From NCBI RefSeq assembly GCF_011386835.1, contig NC_088794.1:104594001-104658000 (forward strand): a stretch of 64,000 bases of DNA, written 5' to 3'. Shown here piece by piece: positions 25,563-38,494 of the stretch. The position numbers were made by a program, and so were the translations under genes. This DNA comes from Chrysemys picta bellii (Eukaryota). Each line of letters starts with the position of its first letter. Positions within the stretch are counted from its first letter, which is position 1. The notes beneath the pieces were generated by a model that ran no database searches, had not been told where the DNA came from, and saw only the letters and a list, made by a program, of their open reading frames with translations.

Positions 25563-26959
25563 ATTTACATAACAGAGGCCAAGTCACAGTAGAAAAAACA
25601 TGACAATAAAATGGGTTCTACAGCAACTGCATTACTGCAAAACTAATTAGTACCTTTGGGATGCTAACAGAAAAGTGATGCAATAAAGAAAAAAAGAAAG
25701 AAGCCCAGCAAAAATTGCAAATCCCTATTTGTGAAATATATGTGTAAAGCACACCATCAATCATCTATGTGTCTACTGTAGAACGTATGTGTAAGAGTGT
25801 GAGAGAAAAATACAGCTATATGTTTTTGTCATTAGCATGGTAGCAACTGAGGATCCCAGTCAGGGATTAGAGCCCTATCATGCTACATACTGTGCACACT
25901 ACTCCAAAGAATTTATAATCTTTCATGGCTTTCTTGTTCTCTCTCCTCTCTCTATATATGTTTTAAGATAATTCCCATTGCTGAAACTGTAACTCTCATT
26001 AAAAAAAAACAAAAACAAAAAACCTGTCGCAAATTCAGTTCCCAGAGGCTGGGCTATTCTGAACTGCAATTTACTAGATTTTTGTCTTTTTGGAATGAGA
26101 TTATTGTATGACAGACCTGGTCATGGTCCCCTCAGGTGTACAGATGCTCTTCTAGTTTGCTCTCAATTATCTTTCCCCCTCATGCCTATCAAGTCAGGTG
26201 TCACTGCTGTCAATCTAGTAAAACTAGAGGCTATGTTATTTGGGAAGTAGGAATAAATGTGCATGTCACTGCAATGGCTGTGTTATACCTGACCTGTAGG
26301 TAGTTAGAGCCAGTATATGGGACTCCCAATCTGGCTTCATTGAATGAATAAGAAAGAATTAAAATAAAATCCTGGCTTTTAAAGTAAAAAAGAAACAAAC
26401 AAAAAACAAATTTGTCAGAAAGAAAGTAAGTAAATTGGGGTCCTATTCTTAACAGCACAACAATCCCTAAATAAAAACAGAAGCTCAAATTTCAAACTAA
26501 TGTTTCAAATATGATGAGGCAAATGAAGATCAATGTTTATTTTATAAAATCTTCAAAGAAGTCCTTTTGAAGGAAATATTTGGCAGCTTATGGTTAGAAT
26601 GTTCAATGCTGACCCTCCCCCCTCCAATTAAAAAATCACGAGTCGGGACGCAAAAACTCAGAGATTGATTTAGCAATCGTTAGACTTTTTTTAAATAATA
26701 CATTTCGGATTATTATTATTTCCCTTCAGTTTTTTCCCCCAACCATGAGAGCTAGAAACTTGTTTTTCTTTTCATTTTGTTATTTTAAATTAAACTTAAG
26801 ATTCTCCCCTCCAAGGGTAGGGGCTGTAATAAACACTAACTATCATGAGACTTGTGATGAAATTGTGAGAGTTGGCAATACTGTGTGTTCCAAAGGTTCC
26901 GAGCTGTACCTTTCAGAGGCTGGAACCGGATGTTCTGGGCAGAAGCTCATACATGTGAG

Positions 26960-27370
26960 GCAAGGCAGATCAGCGCTGAGTGATTTCTGAACACCACACT
27001 CGGGAAGAGGTGGTGCATTGTTGTGCTTTCCCCAGACCACCCCTGAGTCACAATTCCTTCCCTGCTTCCTCTTCTTCCAGGGGATAGCTGGAACTAAACA
27101 GCAGCAAATCATCATCCTGCCCATGCCATAGTTCCGCCAGCTGGAGTGTTGGGGAAAGGGGATGGAGGCAAAACTTCTCTCATCGTCTGGCCCTCCTCAC
27201 CCCGCTCCCTCCCCATCAGCGTTGCGTGGATGCAAACAAGCATGCAGTGCCTCTTTACCCCTGCGCACCCAGACCTAAGGTCCAGGTAGTCTACATAGGG
27301 AGATGAGGAGAGATCTTTCTCTCCCTCCTGCCACTGCATGGGTGTGCAGTATCGGCAACAATTTGGTCCT
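26960..27370. mobile_element. Harbinger-type MITE related to 3386-3768
   Basis: 22 bp (27043-27064) are the exact reverse complement of 3459-3480; right end GGCAACAATTTGGTCC resembles the same TIR. Confidence 0.5.
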
Positions 27371-27543
27371 GAAGGGGAACAGAAAGAAAATGTACACTCG
27401 AGAGAAAATAGCTAGATCTTTGTTGCAACTGAGAAAACTCAGCATAGAACCGTTTGTGATCAAGCAAAAGATCTAATTTCCCCCCAGCACTTTCCTTTTG
27501 TGCTCCGAAGGCTCCTAATGAAAAATATGCATTCAAAAGATAC

Positions 27544-27666
27544 TAGGGTGACCAGATGTCCCAATTTTATAGGGACAGTCCTGATATTTGGAGCTTTTAC
27601 TTATATAGTCACCAATTACCCCCCACCCTCGTCCCGATTTTTCACACTTGCTATCTGGTCACTCTA
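27544..27666. mobile_element. Second copy of the ~124-bp hAT MITE
   Basis: TAGGGTGACCAGA / TCTGGTCACTCTA TIR; perfect 8-bp TSD AAAGATAC (27536-27543, 27667-27674); aligns along its length with 14647-14770. Confidence 0.92.
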
Positions 27667-28186
27667 AAAGATACGTACCAGGATTTTTTAGTCGAGTGTG
27701 AGCAGCTATTCATGGAAGCAAACTCTCAGCAGTTTATTTGAAACTCTCTACCCGCTAATATCAGAGTGGGCATTCAGAACAGAGAGGGTGTGTTTTGGAC
27801 AGAGCATATTTTTGTAGTTACTATGCGATATGCCAAGAAAAGAGCACAAAGAAAAGCGATGGGAGGAAAGGACGGATAGAGTGGATGTGGTTGCACTGAC
27901 ATTACTGTAATTACAAAAGTTTCCCAAAGCGCCCTATAAATAAATGCAATATACATGACTAGGTACTAAAGGTATATCATACAATACACAGTTAAACGTG
28001 TTCCTAAATTTATGCAGAGTAAATACATCACCAGCAGGAAGGTCTGGAGAAATGATATTGCTGCTAAACACCCTGTACTCCTTTGATCGTCATTTCTCCT
28101 TCTGTTTCTGGCCATTACATGCTGAATGGATAAGAGGAGTCAAACCGCCGAGACAATCTTTGAGCCACTTTCAAGGGCAGCAACAC

Positions 28187-28272
28187 AGTTAAGTATTTGC
28201 ATAGTCCCATTGCTTTCAGTGGATTATTCATATACTTAAAGAAGCTACGCACGTGCTTTCTAGGTCAGAGCC
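28187..28272. mobile_element. Short palindromic Harbinger-derived remnant (Chompy-like)
   Basis: TTAAGTAT..TAGTCC-CATTGCTTTCAGTG-GATTAT..ATACTTAA around the CCCATTGAxxTCAATGGG-type core. Confidence 0.4.
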
Positions 28273-29315
28273 AACCTGAGTGTTCCCAACTTCGGGCGCT
28301 AACGATACCACCAGAAACATGAAATGTACACTTGCCATTTTAAACAACAATAATTTGTTTAGGAGATCTCAACTAAGAAGCTATCTCCAGTATTTGGAAA
28401 AGGTCCTTTGTTTTACTTTGTTTTTCAGCTGAACATATTGTTGAGAAACTAAGTTACAGAGTTAGTTCTAGTGGATCCAGTGCAATGGGTCTAGTACATT
28501 CAGTGCAGGTTGATTTAATGACTATTGTTCTCTGATTATCATTAATAAAATATAGGACGCTGCGAAAGGCACAACCTCGCTACACTAAAATATTGCTCTT
28601 TTAACAGATTTACAAATCTTTGTTTAAGAATATTGAAAAAATGTAAATCGGGTTGCCCCTTACTGCTTTGTTTAGGAATCTGCTCTGCAGCTAACTGTTG
28701 GAGAGTCTGGTATATTTTAAAAGGTATATTTCAATCATATTAAATATTTGGTAAGAATAAACAATTATCTTTCCCATTGGTGAAGAAGGCCGCCAGGGAA
28801 GTGATTGTTACTATATATTTGAAACGTCCGAATAGTTTTCAAATGGTTGGTTATTTTTACAAAGCAGTGTGAATACCTCGATTAAAATAGTTCACTTGAG
28901 GAAACAAGTAACTGTGGTTACAAACTTTATAATAGTTAACTTCTCTGCCTCGCTTTCTCTGTAAAATATAGCTGAAAACAATAACACCAATCTGGTAGAG
29001 CGATCATGAGGATTAATTAACTAACATATTTGAAGCACTTTATATATATTCCAGGTATTATTGGTAGAAGTGAGTATTAATTGTCTAGCACTCAACCCTG
29101 CACATCAGTAACCAAATTAACCCTTGACCTGTGGTTCTATAGAGTCTGAGTGTCCTTCCTTTTTCTACCCAAGGTTTTGGGAGTGCTGGCAAGTATTTGA
29201 TGATGTGGTGGGTCTTTTTCATCTCTAGCTATTAGGATTTTATAATGGCTTAACTTTCCGGAGAAGGTAAAAATGTTAGTCCCAACCTACTGACCTAGGT
29301 CCACTGGATTTGAGG

Positions 29316-29415
29316 TAAGTGGCACCAAAAGTGGAACCATGAACTAGCTTCTCTCACTTAGGGCTAGCCCTGGATGAGAGAAGCTAGTTCATGGTTCCAC
29401 TTTTGGTGCCACTTA
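29316..29415. repeat. Perfect 41-bp inverted repeat with 18-nt spacer
   Basis: 29316-29356 is the exact reverse complement of 29375-29415; the spacer contains the palindrome AGGGCTAGCCCT. Confidence 0.97.
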
Positions 29416-30883
29416 TGGAAGACCCATGTGGATAGCCTTTTGGGAGTCCTTGATGCTTGCGTCCTGAAGAAGCTGTCCTGCCCGGAGGAAGCAGGCACAG
29501 TGTAGTGTAGAGGAGTGAGGCCTCCCCACAAATTCATGAGCTTCCTCCTGTCTGAGGTTCACCTTCCCTATGGATCCCCAGGATCTGCTAGGTTGGGAGG
29601 CTGACCTTCACAGTTTTCTGGTCCGTCTGCATACCTCCCATGGATTTCTTTTCTGAAAAGGGGCCTGGAGGGCTGGAGGGAAGGTGGTCTAGCCACCTAC
29701 AGTAGTTAAATGAGGTCCCATACATCACTCTATAGAGCTCTCCAACTGAGACCCTCCTGATTAATTGATGGAATTTTATCTATGCATATCTCTATATGTT
29801 TTTTCTGTATAAGCCACGCCTCCTCTCTGTAGGGCGAAAGGAAGTGAGACAAAGCAAGCTGGTGTTTGCATCAGGGAGCGAGAAGAGATGGAGAACGCAC
29901 TCTTCCGTTACTTATATGCAGTGCCATGTTAAGAACTAGTTATGTTTAAACACACTTCCTTAGGCTAGTTTATTCTGACGCTGTGTCCCTTTTATCAGTG
30001 GAACAGAACCCGAGGAAATAGCTTGGAGAGCTCAATAACTGTAAATACGCAACACTTTTTAAAACTTCGACTGTAGCTTTTCCTGTCTCCATGGCTCAAA
30101 GACACAAAAGGATGCAGAGATGGGGGACAGATCATGTACATTCCTGAGGATATATATGAAGCTCTGGCAGTAGGAGCAGATATTCAATAAAGATTTTAGA
30201 GACCAGGGAACATTGAAGAAGCATATTTCGAAGTCTGGCATGGACCATTTTTTTGCAGCTTCCTAAGATGTTCTGCTCTCACACTGAGGGAGTCCAGGTC
30301 TCCAGAACTGCTCTGCCTTTTCCATTCACGCAAGGTAGAGGTAGAGGATTTTAATTTAAGACAAAATTCTAAGGGAATTGGAGCAGAATGCGATCCCTAC
30401 AGCAATATTTGGCTGCCTTTTGAGACGGAACCCCGGCACGTTCCAAATTCTACAGCTGTAGAGAATGTTCCAGTCCCACTGCAAAGGGCTGATCATTTTT
30501 ATACCACCCGAAATCAAACTCTGGACTTGTGTTTGGCCGCTGACTTTAGCTCCAACTTCGGAGTCTTAATCTTTAAATTGAAATATGTTTATCTGATAAT
30601 ATGTCAAAGTAAGAATCGATGTATTTTGTAATACAGTTCTATATCAGGCGTGTTTTATATGTAGGAATCTTCGATCTGTCTAGGGTCATTTTCCATTTGT
30701 TGTCCATTAAAGCACCAAGAAAGCTGTTGCCGTTTACCTAACCTGTGACACTGATGACCACAATCGTTTTGGTTAAAATAAAAACTGAAACACCAGAAAA
30801 TCGGGGCAATTCAAAGCTGACTCTGCATCTGCAGCAAGAAAGTGTTACCTTGGTACCATGTGCTCTTCTAGATGCAATCTTTG

Positions 30884-30906
30884 ACACACACACACACACA
30901 CACACA
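30884..30906 (+). repeat. (AC)n microsatellite
   Basis: Seen directly. Confidence 0.95.
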
Positions 30907-33900
30907 TGAATTGTGTCTTTTGTTATTCCGCCACTTCCCCGTCTTCGAGGTGACCCTGATGCATGAATGTGAAAGCCTTATTATCATCAGTGTAGAAACC
31001 CTAACTTGGCTTGTACTTCTCTGACCTTGTCACTATTCTTTTCTTACACTTGGCGCTTCGAACTGTGTCTAACAAATTAGTGAAGCTAGCAAGCCTTAAA
31101 GCAGATTACTGCAGGACAGAAGAGGATAAAAGAGAGTGCAGCGCACAGCTCTGCCTTGAGAATATAAAATGAGTTCTGGTAATAACATACTGGATGGGAG
31201 AATATGAAAATAATCTATTCGCATAGGAAATACTACTCAAGATATGGAGATGCGGCAACCGAAATGTATTCTCATTGTAGTTTGCAATGGTCCTACTCTA
31301 CCCGGCTGCTTTTCTTTTTTCTCCAGTTTGTAAAACTCCTCTTATTTTTTTTAAAGACGCCAGACAAATACATAATTATTTTTATGGTTACATATTTTCG
31401 GTGTTAGTAACTAACATAGTCCCTCCATTGTTTTAAATTAATATCACACGTAAGAAGCATACGAGAACATTAGTCAGGAAAAAGATCTAAAGGATCACAT
31501 AAAACCATGTTGGTTTCGTTCGGTTAATTTATCTGTGTTTGATTTTTACATGTTGGTACCATGATTGCAATGATCAGGAAATATACCAAGTGTGAAATCA
31601 ATGTGTTGACTAGGAAAATAGCTGTTATTACTTGCACTCCCCTATAAATATTGTTTTTTTAAAAAATAACATTTGATTGCTCTGTTTTTTTCATTAATGG
31701 AAACTCTGTTTCCACTTGAGCAAGAGCATTTTTAACGAAAAAAAGTCATGAAAGTTAAAAAAAAATTAAGAGTGCCTTAAAGTAAGGGTGATCCTGGAAT
31801 TAGACAATTGCCCTAATAAGTAGAAGTGGCATAATAACTCTTATGTGTATTGCACACAGGTGTTTTCTGTTTGTAAAGTATGACAACGCCAAACCTGATT
31901 AGAAAATTAATGTTTTTAGAATACGTTGAGGATGTATTACCAAAATTAAAAGTAGGCTTTGGGGTTGTCTATAGGAACCCCCGGCTTGAGAAATCACCAG
32001 TAATCCAATTAGAGAAAGCCCTTACTTTGTGTGTTGTGTTAAACTTGCATAGCTGCGACATAACAATCAGACCTCTGCGACCCATAGTAGCTGCTTTAGG
32101 AATTGTCAAGAGAAAGGGGTGCTACTTGAATCCGAAATCATTTAGATGCTCATTCGGCAGAAATTCAGTCTCTGGTTATGACAGAATGGACAGGCAGTAT
32201 CTTTGCGTCTGATTGGCACTGCATGGGTTCTCAGTGGACTAAAAACCCTAGTGTATTGCGATCGAGATCTGACAGGTTTCTGGATCTTCCCTGCATGTGA
32301 TGGAATGGGAAGGGATTACTTCCAGGGAGGGACCTCGCTAACGTTGCTCTAAACTAGCTGGCTACAGAAAGAAAAACAAATCTAAGCAGCCATCACTTAA
32401 GACCCTGTCTAGCCTCGGATTCTGAAGTATCCATTGTGTTAAGTTACTAACATGTGGCTATGACTATCCCAACAGTTCTGGAGGCAAAGATTGCTTCCCA
32501 GTTACCAACTGAGAGAGAGAGAGAGAGATCCTTGTAATCCTAGTCCCTTTGGAAAGTTATCTCTGTTGCTTTCAGAAATTCATTTGAAAAGAATAGACCA
32601 CGCAGTCCTCACCCCGCTAAAGCTCTCAATCGCTATGCGAGTCTATGGAAATTTCCTTGGGCCCGGATGACTAAATAGGGCCCTTTGTATTGTTTTGTTG
32701 TTATGATATAGATTAATTGAGCAACGTAGTTGACTCTCAGTTCACGTGTAAATCCAGATCCAGTTTATTTTACTCACAAGGGCAAGTGCTATTGACTCCA
32801 ATAGGGTTACGCTAGCGAGTAGAGGCAAGCAGGATTTGACCCGTAGTATAATTTGCAACAAACAGTCACCTAAGGCCGTTTCGAACATATTTTGTTTGTT
32901 ATGAATATGCTCCAGGACGTGACGATCCTGTACATTTAGTTCCACACTTTTGGCCAAAAGAAACTGGGGGCTGGGACTAGCACAGTTTTAGCCTTGGTGA
33001 AATCCGTCACACTGGTTCACCCATATCATCACTCCGCAGCTTAATACCAACGAATTTACTGATTCCCTTTCATTCCACAGACCAAACGGGACCCCCTCTT
33101 GAGTTATCAGGAGCTCAACAATATTTCCCGGTATCCATGGCTGCGGCACCAGGTTACCAATACAGCAAGTTTATCAGCTGGGATATTAGACAGTGAAATC
33201 TAGCTGCTGCTGTGGGAAATGGGGAACGGGAGGTGGGGGGAGCAAATTGCACATCTCAGCTTTTAGCAGCGTTATCTGCCAAGGGTTCCAAGCAGGGCGA
33301 AGTAGGAGCCTTTGGCTTCTTCCTAAAGGAATCTCGGAGCATAAATTGGAGCTCTGTCTGTTTGCCGCCAAGTACCTCTCTTTAGAATATGTTCGCATTA
33401 GGTATGATAATAATAACAACAAGCGTGGAGAATAATGAGACAGGAGCGCGTTTGACAGTGTGTGAGAAACTCAAATACAGCTGCATTGGCTTTGTCTTTG
33501 GTTCACTCACTTCCCCACATTTAGTTCCCCCACATAGACAGACAGCGAGGAGAGGAAACTGAGTGCAGCATGACAATGAGTTTTGTAAATAGGAAATGGA
33601 AGGATTTAATTTTTTCTCCCACCATCCCCCACCCCGGAGTTGGTTTTACCCGCGATCCAAATAACCTTCCTCACAGAACGCTTCAAAAAAGAGAATGTGC
33701 TGGGAGGGAGGGGAGTCATAATTGCAGGTTCCTTTCGGAGTTGGAGTTAAAACGCTGATGGCGCTTGTTGCAGAGGAAAGGTACAGAGGCCGCCTCAGCT
33801 CAGGCTCCGCAGGAAGGCGGTGTTGTTATTGGTGGGGGTTTATTTACAGTCAGCTCTCGAAAGCACCCAGGGCTTCAGAGGAGGGAACTTTGAGCTCCAC

Positions 33901-36900
33901 TTTGTAGTCTTGGCATGCCACGCTCCACGGGATCGGGCCCTTGCTCGTTGAACTGGGAGCAAATATTTTGTCTATCCAGCGAGCGCCCTGAGTTAGGGTA
34001 TGCGCTGGGTTCGGTCTTCAGGGGCGACACATATTTTTAGCTCTGCATTTTTAAAAGCAAAAATACTGTCGTTGTGAGGGTAACTTTTTTTTCAACTTGG
34101 TAAAGTAAGGCAAACAGGTGAATGCTGGAATATCGCTTCGCCATGCGTTAGGTTTCTCGGTTAATATCAGCATAGGCATTCGGTTTAGTTCAGTGCTCCG
34201 CTTTGTGGCAAAGCATCTGAGAACCGAATTGCGATTAATCATTTGTGTCTTTCAGACTCCATGACCCCACTCCCTTTACTCAGTTCATACAGAAACCTCT
34301 TTTCCCTTCTTAATTCAGTTTATTTTAAAAGTATATTCTTCCCCTTTGTCTCATTCTCTCACACACAGACCATTGTCAAGGTAAATATATATTTGCATAG
34401 CATTAATTGTTCAGAACTTTATCTGCTTTATTAGTAAAGTGGTAAACAGCCTCCTGATGGTGGGACTGTCTTTTAGTCGCCTTTAAACTGTCCGTCTAGT
34501 GCTGGTTATTTCCTAGTTTGCTGATCTCTTCAGTGCCCATGACCATTTTCTTCTTTCATTCTGTATCCGTATGGTGCTGTAGTTCTAGCAGCTGGATCAG
34601 GTCTGGCTAGCACTTAACATGATGCAGAAATAGCCCCTAAAGTTAGAACAACTGCAGTTCCCATTTGCCCTCTCCCTTGCGCTCTGCACAGCAGAGGCTA
34701 TTGTACCTTCCCTGAATTGCTGAGTTTGTCTGAGCATGCCAATAACTACCTTTCTGGACTTCTTTATCCATTGTGTTTTCAAATGGTCATTCAAAGCCTT
34801 CTCTTTTGCTGCTATTGCAACGTCTATTCACGAAAAAGGACTGAAGACAGATGCCGAGTTTCTTAACTTTTCTTTGGGGAAGGATAAGAAAGATGTAAAA
34901 AGTGCTATCGCAAAAGGAAATATCTTAAAATCCAGTAGAAGTCTGCCAAGTTCTTTGCAAAGCAACCAATGAAACTTCAATAATAGAATAAAAAGTGGTT
35001 GGGGGTTTTCTTTATTGTTTTGTTTTGTTTTGCTTGCTTGTTTTTGTTTGCCATTAAATCGATACACCCGACAAGGTCTGCCGAAGGGGGAAGATTATTT
35101 GAGTTGTTAATGAGAGCTGACACTAATACTTAAATAGGATGATTTCATTTAGTCAAGAATGCGTCACATTTTCCTATTTTTCTTACAACTAGCAGAAAGT
35201 TACCATTATACACTTTGTGCAATCGTTTTAACGATGCTGCCACTTAACTATTATACCTGGGAAATATAGGTGATTCCTTAATCGGTCTTCATTCTTTCTT
35301 TTAATGTAGGTCTTTTGCATGGAAAGGGAGAAATGGAGGTGTGAGTGTTTAAAATATTATTTTGCAATGCCTTGATTACAGAAATACCTCAATGCAAAAA
35401 TACCCTAAAACGGTAAGCAAGAAAACGATTGCATTTATAGATGTTAGGGGGGCAGATAGATTAGCTTGTACCGAAAACTTTGGAACGTCTACATGAAGAA
35501 GTGCCTAACGTTTTGAAAATCTGAGGAGAAATCTTTTAAGAAGTTGGTATTCGTTCTGCAAATGGTAAACGGGCCTATGAATGGATCTTCACTAAACTTC
35601 ATTGCTAGCTTTATTAATCTAACAGGTATAGCACATGTCTAGTGTCCGTGAAGAAACGGGGTCGATGTGCTACTTTGGAAAGTAGATATCATCATTACTT
35701 ACGAAAAGAAATCTGGGCTTCAGTGAATACACAGCCGAAGCGCGTTGAATTCAGACGCTGCAGTTGCGCATCTCTGTCACGAGATGTCGCTGATGCAGTT
35801 CAGATCACGGTTGCAGGTTTTTGTTTTGTTTTAACTGAGCTTTAATGAAAAGTTATAATGCTATAATGAAAGTTCTTGGATCTCCCCAACACACAAATAT
35901 TCGATTTGTAACTGATAGGTTAATCATTTTTCTGAAATAAATTATAATGTTGGGGCACCAGGTTTCTCTGATTTTTTTCTCTAGGATTGTTTGCATCCCT
36001 GTGAATGTTCTGGCTTTACATTTTTTTGTATTGGTTATTCGAAGTGTTTGAGGGTCCTCGTGTTTCTTACACGTTCGAGCAGCTTGAAGGAAAATGAGAA
36101 AATTGGTCATCGCTTATGGTCAGTCATTATTAAAAACGATAAACCTACACTACAGTAGGGGGGGAAATGCGATCGCAGAAGGGGTTTGAAATAAACCCTT
36201 GCCAATAATAGGAGAGGCAGCTGATGTGAATTTCCTTCACATAAGACGTGCTTTGGTGGAAGTTTACAAACGGGGAAGGGGGGAGGGTAAACTAAAGATC
36301 TCAGTTCCTCCAGACTCGTGATTTAGGGTCTCATGTAGGGGATATTTGTGGAGTAACTCGTTGTAACGTGTGCTTTGGCTGCCTTAAGAGGGGAAATTTC
36401 ACACACCAGTTGAAATTATTGGCATCAAAGAGTGGAGAAACAAGGGCTCCCACTAAAAAGTTGTTAGACTTACCCCCTCTCCACCAGCCCCCTCCCCTCT
36501 TCTCCACCCCAAAAGGTTGTGTCCTGTAAATAAAGGAAACGGTGCACAAATCCATGGCTGCCCCTGGGAAAGGCTCGAAAGATGAGTATTTTTGTTGTGT
36601 TAAGTGGTCGGCATTAGTAGCCTAAACACGTAGAAAAAGGCTAACATCTGCGGTTTAATAAAATGCAGACAAGAAATGATAGACCTGTTAGTTCAAATGG
36701 GAGCCACTAGCTTGGCTCATATCAAAAAGAAACGTAACCACCAGGTTCACGATTGTTTGTTGGCGAGTGAGGAGGGAGAGGGGAACCTTAATATTTTGTT
36801 CAGTTTTTAAAAATCAATATTTTTTGCAAAGACTGTCTGTTTTGAACATTCGCTATCTTTAGACAGGAGTGGAATAAGTATGAGCAACGTTGGCCATTCT

Positions 36901-38143
36901 TCGTCATCCTATTAAGGATCAGCTGGGGAAACAGACACAAAGAGTCTGAACTTTTTTTTTAACCAGGTTTTAAAATAATACACTCCTCTAACTAAAAACA
37001 ATTGTTGATCTCTGAATTATTGTCCCAAATTGTTGCACGTTTTACCTTTGCCTTATAACACTCTAATATAAAATTTAATCCGCAATTTAAATGTCAAAAG
37101 CCATCTATGCCCTGGGTGTGAAACAAATAAACTCAGACACGTGTGATGCTTTATTTGTAAACTTGTATCAACGAATTGCACGTTCCAGGTGAAATATTTA
37201 ATTGAATTTTAGGAACTGATTTTAATCTGCAAATTCAGGGATCGATATGGTACTCCCCAAACTGGAGTCAATGGATGCTCCCGGCAATGAGGATCAGACT
37301 CTTCATGTAGTGATAATCACTAAAAAGGAGCAAATATTTGGCAAGAAAGAAAGATAAATAAATAGATAGATTGTTCTAATCGGAGGCAATCGGAATAAGG
37401 AAACTCTTGAACTTTTGCTTAAACTCCCCTTGTGTTTTCTAATGTTTGAACTAGGATGTTTGAATCACATCACTAAGGTCTTGCGTGTAAACCAACTCCA
37501 CGGGTTTATTTGTATGGTCAAAATATTAAGCGGCACTCTTTCTCCTTCTCTGGATTTCTCAGCAAGGACTCAGAACTGAGCAGACCCAACTGAATTGTTC
37601 CCCTTAACTACTAAGCAATGGGGGCAAGGTATTTATTGTCTAAATAGATTAGTCTGTTGATGGGGTAGCTGGTATTTTTTTATATATCAAAGAATAAATA
37701 CCGTAAAGGTAAAGCAATATTAGTTTTCATATGACACAATCACTGCATAGGCTGCCTTCAATCACTTTTTTTGTTTTTGTTTTTGTTCTGGGGTCTCATT
37801 AGAATTCTTCCACGCTCATCATCACGTATAGAAACCTGGACAGTGTAACCTGCGTTTCTAGCGACAGATTGAACAATCCTTAAATACATCCATTTCTGTT
37901 AACAAGAAAAAAAGTATTTCTTCAAGGAAAATAAAAAAAAAATCTTCACATCTCCACAGGCATAGAAGAGGCCTCCTGTAAGAGGATTCCTAGATCATGT
38001 CAACAGTTAACAAACTGAATCGGAAGAAGCAAATATTGTGATCATTGTTATGGGTAAAATCGGAGCAGAATGTAAAGAGGAATATTAGCTTTGAGTTTTG
38101 AGGTAATCAGTGATTAGATTTGTGTTAGGCATAAAGATCTTTT

Positions 38144-38157
38144 CCTGTAGATGGCGT
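38144..38157 (+). promoter_or_regulatory. Candidate CTCF site
   Basis: CCTGTAGATGGCGT versus core CCASYAGRKGGCRS (12/14); motif match only. Confidence 0.4.
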
Positions 38158-38306
38158 CCTTTGAACACCGAGTAACCACTAATAATGTAACTCAGGGAGG
38201 CTGTATTAAGCTTGGGGTAGTAAAATAATTAATATTCTTTTTTAGATATGTATTTATTGCGAGGGAAAAGTCATTGATTTCTCATAGGCAAAAGTGTGTT
38301 TCTCCT

Positions 38307-38494
38307 NNNNNNNNNNNNNNNNNNNNNNNNNNNNNNNNNNNNNNNNNNNNNNNNNNNNNNNNNNNNNNNNNNNNNNNNNNNNNNNNNNNNNNNNNNNNNN
38401 NNNNNNNNNNNNNNNNNNNNNNNNNNNNNNNNNNNNNNNNNNNNNNNNNNNNNNNNNNNNNNNNNNNNNNNNNNNNNNNNNNNNNNNNNNNNNN
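38307..38494. other. N-run (188 bp)
   Basis: Seen directly. Confidence 0.99.

Noticed and set aside
31880-32212. 110-aa ORF in unique sequence
   Set aside because: No recognisable domain or splice context; the length is within chance expectation. More likely non-coding regulatory DNA.
34561-34581. REST/RE1-like motif (CTGTATCCGTATGGTGCTGTA)
   Set aside because: The right half-site is broken and the spacing is non-canonical.
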